Part shown: positions 38,021 to 46,445 of the stretch, piece after piece
Position numbering within the stretch: position 1 is the first letter of the stretch
Layout of the letters: every line of letters begins with the position of its first letter
From: Nitrosopumilus sp.
GTDB lineage: Archaea; Thermoproteota; Nitrososphaeria; Nitrososphaerales; Nitrosopumilaceae
Direction of reading: 5' to 3'
Assembly (NCBI GenBank): GCA_965218695.1
Contig: OZ244651.1
Span: 1,120,001-1,184,000 of the forward strand
DNA length: 64,000 nt
Notes under the pieces: generated by a model
Database searches by the model: none
What the model saw: only the letters and a program-made list of their open reading frames with translations
What the model was told of the DNA's origin: nothing
Program-made: the position numbers and the translations under genes

Positions 38021-39430
38021 ATGGTCTCTTTGACATTTTACGGCGGGGCAAACGAGATAGGAGGCAACAAGATACTTCTTGAGGACGGGGACACCCGTAT
38101 ATTTCTGGATTTTGGAAAGAGCTTCTCCTCCATGGAGAGATACTTTGGAGGATACCTTGCACCGCGCTGGTCAAACGGAATCCTGGACTTTATCACCATG
38201 GGACTGGTTCCTGACATACCTGGAATATACCGGGACGACCTGATGTTCCGGGCAGGTAGGGAGATAAAATCCCCCGAGGTTGACGCAGTACTGTTCTCGC
38301 ATGCTCACGCAGATCACATCAACTATGCGTCGTTTCTGCACCGCGACATTCCGCTGTACATGGGGGAGGTCACCAAAAACATGATCCAGGCCATACAGGA
38401 GCGCTCCCGCAATGCCATAGACGAGGAGATTCTGGAGTACCATCTGGTGGGCACACATAGAAGCAACCAAAAGATTCAGAGAACCGTCAACACGTTCCGT
38501 ACGGGGGACAGGCTTAGAATAGGCTCGCTGGAGATCGAGCCGATTCATGTGGATCATTCCGTTCCCGGCGCATACGGTTTCATCATATACACCTCGGAGG
38601 GGCCCGTCGTGTACACCGGCGATCTGAGGAGTCATGGCACAAAACCGCAGATGACTGCGGAGTTTGTTGAAAAGGCCAGGGAGGCAAGACCCGTGGCCCT
38701 CATTGCAGAGGGGACCAGGCTGGGGGAGGCATACTCAGACGAGAGTGAGCAGATCGTATATGACCGATCGAACAGCCTGGCTGCCGGTACCGACAACCTG
38801 ATCCTTGCAGACTTTAACTTCAAGGACGTGGATCGCGTCAGGACGTTTTACAATGTAGCTCGGGCAAACGGAAGAAAACTGGTAATAAAGATCAAGGATT
38901 GCTATCTTTTGAAGAATCTCTCTGCTGATCCTGTCCTGAACCTGCCTAACTGGGATGACGAGCACATAGCAGTATACAAGGGCAAGCAGGGATCCGGGAC
39001 GTACTCTGATCTGGACTATTACGGAAGTGATCGCATGTTTGCCACCTCTCCCAACGCACTGACTGCAGCCCAGATCGCCTCCCATCCTGACCGCTATCTG
39101 TGCGCAATAGGGTTCTTCAGCTTTAACGCCTTGATTGACATGAAGCCTAGCCCGGGCGTAGTTTACATCCATTCTGCAAGCGAGCCGTACACCGAGGAGC
39201 AGATCCTCAATACGCAGAGGTTGGACAACTGGATTGACAGGTTTCAGATGCGCCACCACCACATTCACTGCTCAGGACACGCCCAAGGACAGGACATGCT
39301 GAAGATGGTAGATGATATTGGTGCAGGGATGCTCTTTCCGGTCCACACCGAACATCCAGAAGAGTACCTCAAGGCTACTGACAGAATCACACTCATCAAA
39401 CCCAATGTGGCATACCCAATCCTGGGCTGA
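38021..39430 (+). CDS. Metallo-beta-lactamase/beta-CASP hydrolase (RNase J-like)
   Basis: GGANEIGGN, SHAHADH, DHSVPG, YTGD, SGHA, PVHTE. Confidence 0.88.
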   Translation: MVSLTFYGGANEIGGNKILLEDGDTRIFLDFGKSFSSMERYFGGYLAPRWSNGILDFITMGLVPDIPGIYRDDLMFRAGREIKSPEVDAVLFSHAHADHINYASFLHRDIPLYMGEVTKNMIQAIQERSRNAIDEEILEYHLVGTHRSNQKIQRTVNTFRTGDRLRIGSLEIEPIHVDHSVPGAYGFIIYTSEGPVVYTGDLRSHGTKPQMTAEFVEKAREARPVALIAEGTRLGEAYSDESEQIVYDRSNSLAAGTDNLILADFNFKDVDRVRTFYNVARANGRKLVIKIKDCYLLKNLSADPVLNLPNWDDEHIAVYKGKQGSGTYSDLDYYGSDRMFATSPNALTAAQIASHPDRYLCAIGFFSFNALIDMKPSPGVVYIHSASEPYTEEQILNTQRLDNWIDRFQMRHHHIHCSGHAQGQDMLKMVDDIGAGMLFPVHTEHPEEYLKATDRITLIKPNVAYPILG

Positions 39431-39528
39431 CCTTCTATGATTTTGCCTTCACACGGACGGCGTGCCATTGATTTTAAAGCGGGCGCATCCTTGGTTATGC
39501 TGGCTGCAATGAAGAATCAGAGTTATGT

Positions 39529-40080
39529 CTGAGTGATGACGAAAAGGCATTTGTCTGAGCTGCCAAACCCTCATCGGGCTGCAACGTTCCGCTGGGGTGG
39601 AAAAAGTACAACTTTCAAAAGCAGTGGCGCATCCACGGGTACTTTTGCAGGGAGTGCATGAAGAGGATAGGCCAGGACTTTGACGACCATGGAAGGATAA
39701 CCATACCAAAAACCGCATGCAGCTCATGTCATCAAGAATTTTATTTCCTAGAGTCCGTATGGCATGAAAAAAAGCAGAGACGCTGCTGCAATGTCTGCAA
39801 GGACGCGCGATACATCGATCGTCCATCAGACGGACTGCCTCCCATCCCCCCTAGAATTCCCATGATGATGGCAATCTTTGCGGCATTTGGGGTCTTGCTG
39901 ATGATCGCCGGTTTTGTCTATGTCCTGCTGGTTGCCCCTCAGCAAGGCTCCAGCCTGCTGCACGTGATAATAGGAAGCTGCATGTCAGGCGGGGGATTCA
40001 TGCTGGCACGCAAGATGGTAAAGGTGCGCAACCTGATACTGGGCAAGTCGGGGCAGATCCCCAACCAATCCCTTAGATAG
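39529..40080 (+). CDS. Zinc-finger protein with two C-terminal TM helices; N-terminus interrupted by in-frame TGA (possible pseudogene)
   Basis: Upstream of the track start (39658) the frame reads LSDDEKAFV*AAKPSSGCNVPLGWKKY...YFCRECM; CSSC and CNVC downstream. Confidence 0.6.
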
Positions 40081-40217
40081 GCCATGCATCCGGCGGGTCT
40101 ACGGTTGCTGTCATTCCTGTGCTGTGCAGGCGCGGCCCGGCCCGGGCATGATGATCGCCTGGCAGAATACTGCACGGCCGCACTGGATTTATTTTAGCTC
40201 GTACCACATACCAGTGT

Positions 40218-41291
40218 ATGCCTGAGATCTGGCTGAACTACGGCATGGGCGATGTCGTACTGGACATACGTGCCGAGAACCTGGACAGGACGCTTGACTC
40301 TGCAGGCGGACTCGAGGATCCTGTGATCCATGGGATGCTGGAGACCATTGACCTTTCACGCCCCATGGATCTTGTGGTCCTGCACAACTCCGGGTCCGTA
40401 CGGAAGGTCATCACATCCCTCCTCATGCTGTGCGAGAAGAAGTCAAAGCCGTTCCCCAACATCCTGGCAGACAGGGAGATACTAGATGCAGTCAGGGCGG
40501 GCCTGCCCGAGGGAAGCACGGTAGGCGAGTTTGGGCATGAAGGAATCAACCCGGATCTTGTATTTGTAGGCGAAGTCGAGTTTGACGGGCTGTTCGGGTA
40601 CGAGACCATCGCGACACGTCTGCTCAGAAGATTCGGCGAAGAGTCCATGCTTGCTGCGTACTCCAAGAGGGGCAGTGACCTGCCCTCCCCCGGGGAGAAG
40701 ACTGCATGCATGGCAGAGGCCAAAAAGTTCGCCGACGGCTTTGAGATTCAGGGAATTGAGATAGCTGCAAGCTCCGAGGGGATAGTTGACATCTCCATAG
40801 GACACCCGTCCAAGTCGGCTGCCGTGACCGAGTCCCTCAAGCCGGGCATCCGGGAAGCAGGCAAGCACCGCTCCATGATAGTCAGCACCGGCAGGAACGC
40901 CGGAAGGTACACCCTTGGCCAGTCACTCTCTCCGCTATGGAACTGCATGCAGGCAGTAAAGTCAGGCGGCCTTGCAGTGCTGGTAGCAGAGTGCAGCGCG
41001 GGACTGGGCTCTGATGCGTTTGGGCAGTACGTCGAGGGCAGGCTGGACGAGAAGCAGATACGCAATCCCAGAAAGTATCTGGACAGAATGGAGAACCTGC
41101 TGTTTCTGCTCAAGACCCGGGAAAAGTTCCAGACTGCGCTGGTATCGGTGCTGCCCGAGTTTTACACCAAAAAGCTTGGCATGATCCCTCTCCCGGGGAT
41201 AAAGCACTCCCTTGACTACCTCCTGCAGACGCACGGCGCGCGGCAGAAGATACCTGTGGTTAAGGACGGTGCCAGGCTGCTGCTAAAGTAG
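40218..41291 (+). CDS. Conserved protein, lactate-racemase (LarA)-like fold
   Basis: WLNYG N-terminus; AVKSGGLAVLVAECSAGLGS LarA C-domain-like motif. Confidence 0.65.
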   Translation: MPEIWLNYGMGDVVLDIRAENLDRTLDSAGGLEDPVIHGMLETIDLSRPMDLVVLHNSGSVRKVITSLLMLCEKKSKPFPNILADREILDAVRAGLPEGSTVGEFGHEGINPDLVFVGEVEFDGLFGYETIATRLLRRFGEESMLAAYSKRGSDLPSPGEKTACMAEAKKFADGFEIQGIEIAASSEGIVDISIGHPSKSAAVTESLKPGIREAGKHRSMIVSTGRNAGRYTLGQSLSPLWNCMQAVKSGGLAVLVAECSAGLGSDAFGQYVEGRLDEKQIRNPRKYLDRMENLLFLLKTREKFQTALVSVLPEFYTKKLGMIPLPGIKHSLDYLLQTHGARQKIPVVKDGARLLLK

Positions 41292-42380
41292 CAGGCCAAC
41301 CTCTGCCGGCAACGGGGCGCACAGGGCCGCAAGAACTATGATTCCAACATATGCCATCTTTCTGTTCTTTGGGAGCGGCGTGACGTTGTCCAGCGGGGTG
41401 GCACTCGGCGCCCTCATGCTCATAAACAGGATAAGCAGCGCCATCACCCAGTATCCCAAAAGGGCCAGCACGGCAATGCTTCCGTATGTGGCATACCTGT
41501 GCAGGTTGGGGGTGAGCAGCGTCCTTGCCATGTGGCCGCCGTCAAGCTGCCATGCAGGAAGCAGGTTTAGAAACGTGATTAACAGCCCTATCCATGCTGC
41601 AAACAGTACCGGCGTCATTATGATCTCGTTTCCAATCCCCTTGCCAAACAGTGCCAGGCTGGCAGTCATCAGGAGCGGCTCCCCCAGGCTCCACTCAGTC
41701 AGCCTATTGTCTGCAAAGAGCATCGCTGTTGTTGCCTGGTCCAGTACCGGCGCAGTATACGCGCCATACATGGAGACGATCACTGCAATGACTAGGCCTG
41801 CAACAGGGCCTGCAATGGCCACGTCAAAGAGGATCTCCCTGTTGATGGTAAGTCCCCTTGACTTGATGAACGCCCCGAACGTGGGAATTCCCACCACCGG
41901 GAGTCCCGGGATAAAGTAGGGCCAGGTGGTACCAAGCTTGTGCATTCTTGCAGCCACGATGTGGCCCATCTCGTGAACCCCCAGGATGCCAAGGAGCGAC
42001 AGGGTGTACACCACTGCCATCTCGAGCGGATCCCCGATGTTTATTATGGAGTTTGCCTGGGCCGTCCTAAAGTACCCGTCCACCATCACAAACGTAACCA
42101 CCACCGCAAACAGAATCCTGGGAATCCACGACGACCTGAACAGCCATCCCTGCTTTCTGGGAGGGAACTTTTGGACTATGACGTAGATGCCCCCGCCCAC
42201 CCTCTCAAGCCTGCACACGTAACTCATGCCCTCCAGCCTTCTTGCCAGATCCTCAAACTTTGACTTGAAATCCCAGTCTGCTATCCTAAACTCCAGCGCA
42301 AACTCCGTCTTTGTAAACTCGCTGACATCAAACACGCGGCGGACTACCGATATGATCTCCTCCTGCGACGGATCCTCCAT
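41283..42380 (-). CDS. Site-2 (M50) membrane metalloprotease
   Basis: HEMGH, AGP, NLLPAWQLDGGH. Confidence 0.94.
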   Translation of the reverse strand: MEDPSQEEIISVVRRVFDVSEFTKTEFALEFRIADWDFKSKFEDLARRLEGMSYVCRLERVGGGIYVIVQKFPPRKQGWLFRSSWIPRILFAVVVTFVMVDGYFRTAQANSIINIGDPLEMAVVYTLSLLGILGVHEMGHIVAARMHKLGTTWPYFIPGLPVVGIPTFGAFIKSRGLTINREILFDVAIAGPVAGLVIAVIVSMYGAYTAPVLDQATTAMLFADNRLTEWSLGEPLLMTASLALFGKGIGNEIIMTPVLFAAWIGLLITFLNLLPAWQLDGGHMARTLLTPNLHRYATYGSIAVLALLGYWVMALLILFMSMRAPSATPLDNVTPLPKNRKMAYVGIIVLAALCAPLPAEVGLLL

Positions 42381-42454
42381 ACCCTGACTACCAGCCTTCC
42401 ATTAAATGGTCTTTTGGTTTAAAATTAAATACCTATTCTGCGCCATCTAACACC

Positions 42455-42952
42455 ATGCAGATGATTCTCAGGCAGGTTGGCAAGTACAGCATCAGGCGGG
42501 CAGAGGCAAGTGATCTCATCTCAGTAATGGAGATCAACCTCAAGACACTCCCAGAGCACTACTCTGACTACTTTTACGAGAGCATTCTTGCAGAGATTCC
42601 CGAGGCGTTCATAGTGGCCGAGACTGCAGGCAAGAGGGTGGGATACATCATGTGCAAGGTGGAGCACGGGTTTTCAAACTTTAAGAAGCTGGGCTTTGTC
42701 AAAAAGGGACACATGGTATCTGTTGCCGTGGAGGACAAGTACAGGAGACAGGGAATAGGAAAGATCCTGGTGGAGGAGTCAATTAACGGGGTAAGGACCA
42801 AGGGGTGCGACGAATTCTATCTGGAGGTTCGGTGCAGCAACACTGATGCCATCAGGCTCTATGAGGAACTGGGTTTTATAATACGACAGCGCCTGAACGC
42901 ATACTATCGGGACGGCGAGGACGGATACCTCATGTCAATCGAGCTCCGCTAG
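42455..42952 (+). CDS. rimI: Protein N-alpha-acetyltransferase (RimI/Ard1 family)
   Basis: LPEHY, RRQGIG, LEVRCSN, YYRDGEDG. Confidence 0.92.
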   Translation: MQMILRQVGKYSIRRAEASDLISVMEINLKTLPEHYSDYFYESILAEIPEAFIVAETAGKRVGYIMCKVEHGFSNFKKLGFVKKGHMVSVAVEDKYRRQGIGKILVEESINGVRTKGCDEFYLEVRCSNTDAIRLYEELGFIIRQRLNAYYRDGEDGYLMSIELR

Positions 42953-42992
42953 TATACGTGAGATGTCGTCCTCAAACCAATAAATAACTAGG

Positions 42993-43226
42993 TTGAAGAT
43001 CTTTTCCATGGACAGGCGCAAGACGATGGGTGTTGTCATATTTGTCCTGTGCATAGGGGGATTCTTTCTGTATGCCTACCTGCTGATGCTCTCTGAGTGG
43101 AGCCCCATCGTGCTTCAGCTGTCGGTACTGATGATTGCAGGGGGGATACTGGGAGTGGTGGCCTGGATCGGATACGTCATGGCAACAACCAAGCCGTCGC
43201 CGGCATCCATCACCTCTGATGGCTAG
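42993..43226 (+). CDS. Small two-TM membrane protein
   Basis: Two hydrophobic helices, WIGYVMATT motif; start uncertain. Confidence 0.65.
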   Translation: MKIFSMDRRKTMGVVIFVLCIGGFFLYAYLLMLSEWSPIVLQLSVLMIAGGILGVVAWIGYVMATTKPSPASITSDG

Positions 43227-44083
43227 TCCCTGAATATCTGCGCATCCACTACTGTCTGATAGTATCTTGGACCCACGGCCCTTACAATCTTGGAGTTGCG
43301 TATCCTGGTTCTGACAGGCGCCACATCCGAGTAGTGCGCCTCTGAGAGCGGTCCTGCGTCTGATTTTCTGTCTGCGTGTATGTGGGAATAGTAGTGGATG
43401 GTGCCCCCGCTCTTGGTGGCAGCAACGGCAGACCCTAGAAACTCATCAGACCTCTCCGGAAGCAGCATCAGGGTCCTGTCTGATACCCCCCGAAGCCGGT
43501 CCCTGATGATCTCCGAGGCGTCCCCGTTGATTGACACCACGTCTCCTGCAAGCTTGTTCAACTCTATGTTTCTCCCGCACAGTTCTGAGGCGACGGGGTT
43601 GATGTCCAGGTTGTATACCGTGCATCTTTTCCTCTTTGCAGCCATTATGGAGAACATTCCGACACCCCCGAACATGTTGATGATGACCTCCCCGTCGCAT
43701 GCCAGTCCGGCTATCCTCTCCCTCTCTGTGGACAGCCTGGGGGAGAAGAACGCATTTTCCACATCCACAACAAACCTGCAGCCAAACTCCTTGTATTCGG
43801 TCTCGGTGCTGTCCGTCCCTGCAAGAATCTCCAGGTTCCTTGTGCGAAAGTCGCCGTCCACTGCCGATGACTGGTAGAAGACGCTTCTTGCAATCTTTAC
43901 CTGGCTTAGCAGGGCCTCCCCTATGATCTTCTTCTTTGGAAGTAGGGAGTCCGGGATTCTTACCACTATTATCTTCCCTATCTGGTCAAAGGCCGAGACG
44001 AACTCGCTGCTCTCTGCAGGTGTGAGCACGCCTTCCAGCGCCTTTTTCAGCATGCGGGTCAATTCCTGTAGCCTTTCATGCAC
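43223..44083 (-). CDS. Trm5/Taw2-family SAM-dependent tRNA modification enzyme
   Basis: AFDQIG, FFSPRLSTER, MFGGVG, DINP motifs. Confidence 0.88.
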   Translation of the reverse strand: MHERLQELTRMLKKALEGVLTPAESSEFVSAFDQIGKIIVVRIPDSLLPKKKIIGEALLSQVKIARSVFYQSSAVDGDFRTRNLEILAGTDSTETEYKEFGCRFVVDVENAFFSPRLSTERERIAGLACDGEVIINMFGGVGMFSIMAAKRKRCTVYNLDINPVASELCGRNIELNKLAGDVVSINGDASEIIRDRLRGVSDRTLMLLPERSDEFLGSAVAATKSGGTIHYYSHIHADRKSDAGPLSEAHYSDVAPVRTRIRNSKIVRAVGPRYYQTVVDAQIFRD

Positions 44084-44141
44084 GCCATATTTTATTGGTA
44101 GTGCGGCCTGGCATCACGAATCCGTGTTTGATGGTTTGTTC

Positions 44142-45134
44142 TCAGGAAGAATTATCCCCATCCATCCACTGGCTGAGCGATCCGCTATGGGGATCGGCTG
44201 ACTTTTTTACACTCCCTGACCGGCCGTCAAGTTCTCTTATGTTGGCGTAGGATCTCTTGATAAACCACGGCCATTCCCGTCCTGACCTTTTCCATGCGGC
44301 AAGCCATTCTTTTGTCCTATCGTCTGATGGTGCGCCGGATCCTATGGCGATGCCGTCAATGACAAACCCGTCATTAATCCCTGCCATTATCCTCTCCCTC
44401 TCCCTCCTTGCCAGCGCCGATGCGAGTCTGGCCTCAAGAAACCTCTCGTCTGCCTTGTGCGTGACTATTATCTCTGCCCCGTCCCTTTGCAGGCTGTCAA
44501 GATACCCCTTGAGTTCGCGCCCTATCTGGTAGTCATCAACGACTATGCTTGCCCTGTCCGGTGTTATCCCCTGCATAAGGCGTGTAATGATCCTCTTGTA
44601 TGCGGCATCCATGAGCCTGTTTATGTTGTATTTGTCAATCTTTTCCGGGGAGATCCTTTCAATGTCCGAGCGTAGCCCCCTGCAATCCAGGCTGCCTGCC
44701 TTGGAAGATATTCCGTCCCAGTACCCGTACGTCTTGCGGGATTTTGTGTCTGCCATCCCCGCAATGTTGTCGACCTCCCCGTACAGGCCTGACGGAAAAC
44801 GTACGCCGCACAGCACCTCGTCTCCGGCAACCTCTCCTTTTCCGGTCTCGTCCACGCCTATGAGGATGTCCCTGCCCGTACTCTCAAACTTGGACTTGCA
44901 GCACCTGCCAATCTCATCTCTCAGCTCCAGAATCTCCCTGCTGCCTGCCATGCTGTTGTTGTACAGGGTTCCTGTCCTGTACATGGTAAATACCGCCTTG
45001 CCAACCCGCATGCGCCACATCTCTGTATCTGACTTGATGGTCTCATCCTCGACTCCCCCATGCGACCTGACAATATCCCTGACCTCCTCTGAGCGTCCGT
45101 TACCTACAGTCCACTTTTGTCCGCCGTCTGGCAT
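44142..45134 (-). CDS. RNase HII/HIII-family ribonuclease with N-terminal extra domain
   Basis: IGVDETGKGE, DTK, VDD, KADE..ASALA..R, GSG.PSD motifs; N-terminal FTMYRTGTLY segment. Confidence 0.8.
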   Translation of the reverse strand: MPDGGQKWTVGNGRSEEVRDIVRSHGGVEDETIKSDTEMWRMRVGKAVFTMYRTGTLYNNSMAGSREILELRDEIGRCCKSKFESTGRDILIGVDETGKGEVAGDEVLCGVRFPSGLYGEVDNIAGMADTKSRKTYGYWDGISSKAGSLDCRGLRSDIERISPEKIDKYNINRLMDAAYKRIITRLMQGITPDRASIVVDDYQIGRELKGYLDSLQRDGAEIIVTHKADERFLEARLASALARRERERIMAGINDGFVIDGIAIGSGAPSDDRTKEWLAAWKRSGREWPWFIKRSYANIRELDGRSGSVKKSADPHSGSLSQWMDGDNSS

Positions 45135-45279
45135 TGTAACCGTACGGGAACGCGATTAAATAAATTAACAATCCTGCGTGTCCGCATTCTGCAATTTACT
45201 GCCTTGGCTTTGCAAGTTCAGGAAGCGTCTCCCAAAACCTTTCAGACCGGTACATGACATTTCTACTAGGAATCGTACC

Positions 45280-45708
45280 CTAATCGGATCTGCAGTCAGC
45301 ACAATATCCAGTCATCTCAAAACTGCCCCTTACAATCCTGTACCCTGACTTGCGTGCTATCTTTGCCCGAATCTTTTTGATTGACTTCTCGTCGATATCG
45401 TCAATCCTGCCGCACCTCATGCATACCAGATTGACGTGATCCTCGGTGTGTGCGTCAAATCTTGCCTTGCCGCCCACGCCAATCTCGCTTACAAGACTCT
45501 TTTCCTTTAGCATCTCAAGGGTCTTGTATACTGTCGAGAGGCCGATCATCGGGTATCTCCTCTTGACTGCCCTGTGGATGGAGTCTGCGCTGGGATGCTT
45601 GTCTGTCTTGAGAATGTGCTCCACTATTGCAACCCTCTGAGGAGTTATCCTGAACCCGTCCTCCCTTAGCAGCTTCACGACGTCCCCTAGCCTCTGCATG
45701 ATATTCAT
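45280..45708 (-). CDS. Fur/PerR-family transcriptional regulator
   Basis: RITPQR, HPSAD, STVYKTL, HVNLVCMRCG, CADC. Confidence 0.93.
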   Translation of the reverse strand: MNIMQRLGDVVKLLREDGFRITPQRVAIVEHILKTDKHPSADSIHRAVKRRYPMIGLSTVYKTLEMLKEKSLVSEIGVGGKARFDAHTEDHVNLVCMRCGRIDDIDEKSIKKIRAKIARKSGYRIVRGSFEMTGYCADCRSD

Positions 45709-45748
45709 GGCCGCTTGTGTTATATAACGCTTATTCTTAATAGGTATA

Positions 45749-45809
45749 ATTCCTTATTAATAATGATTCTGTATTAGGAATAACAATTAAATATGAATGA
45801 TTCCTAATA
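45749..45809. promoter_or_regulatory. Putative Fur/PerR operator overlapping the dps promoter
   Basis: Perfect IR TATTAGGAAT (45772-45781) / ATTCCTAATA (45800-45809) flanking ATTAAATA; extra half-sites ATTCCTTATT and AATGATTC. Confidence 0.6.
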
Positions 45810-45814
45810 ACTGT

Positions 45815-46291
45815 ATGAAGCATACCGACATTGACATATCCGAACAGAACCGCAAGGGCGTTGCAGGAATACTCGTGCCGGTTCTTTGCGACGAGTACGT
45901 CCTGTACACCAAGACTCGAAACTATCACTGGAACGTTACGGGCCCTCATTTTGCAGAGTACCACAAGGTCTTTGAGGAACAGTACGGCCAGCTCTCCGAT
46001 GACATAGACGAGATTGCCGAAAGAATCAGGTCCCTGGGACTCAAGACACCGGCCACCCTGGCCGAATTTCAGCAAAATTCCCAGATAAAAGAACACCCCG
46101 AGACGTACCCCAAGGCCTCAGTCATGGTCTCAAACCTGCTGAAGGACCATGAGACTATCATCCGGGCTCTGAGGAAAAACATTCCACGAATCGGCGGCAC
46201 ATACGCTGACGCCGGCACAGAGGACTTTCTTGTAGGCCTCATGGAAAAGCATGAGAAGACTGCCTGGATGCTACGATCCGTACTGGATTGA
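45815..46291 (+). CDS. dps: Dps (DNA-protecting mini-ferritin)
   Basis: HWNVTGPHF..H..FEEQY, DEIAERIR, EK..WML. Confidence 0.95.
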   Translation: MKHTDIDISEQNRKGVAGILVPVLCDEYVLYTKTRNYHWNVTGPHFAEYHKVFEEQYGQLSDDIDEIAERIRSLGLKTPATLAEFQQNSQIKEHPETYPKASVMVSNLLKDHETIIRALRKNIPRIGGTYADAGTEDFLVGLMEKHEKTAWMLRSVLD

Positions 46292-46445
46292 CAGAGGCAG
46301 GCCCTGCCACACACCCCTTCATTTTATGTCCAAATTGGCGTCGTATCTGAATTTGATGGCGTCGCATTCCATCATGACTCGTGATGAACAATGGCAGTAA
46401 AATAACCTGCGTCGTTTTGAATACATATATGCAGTTTCCAGTCAT

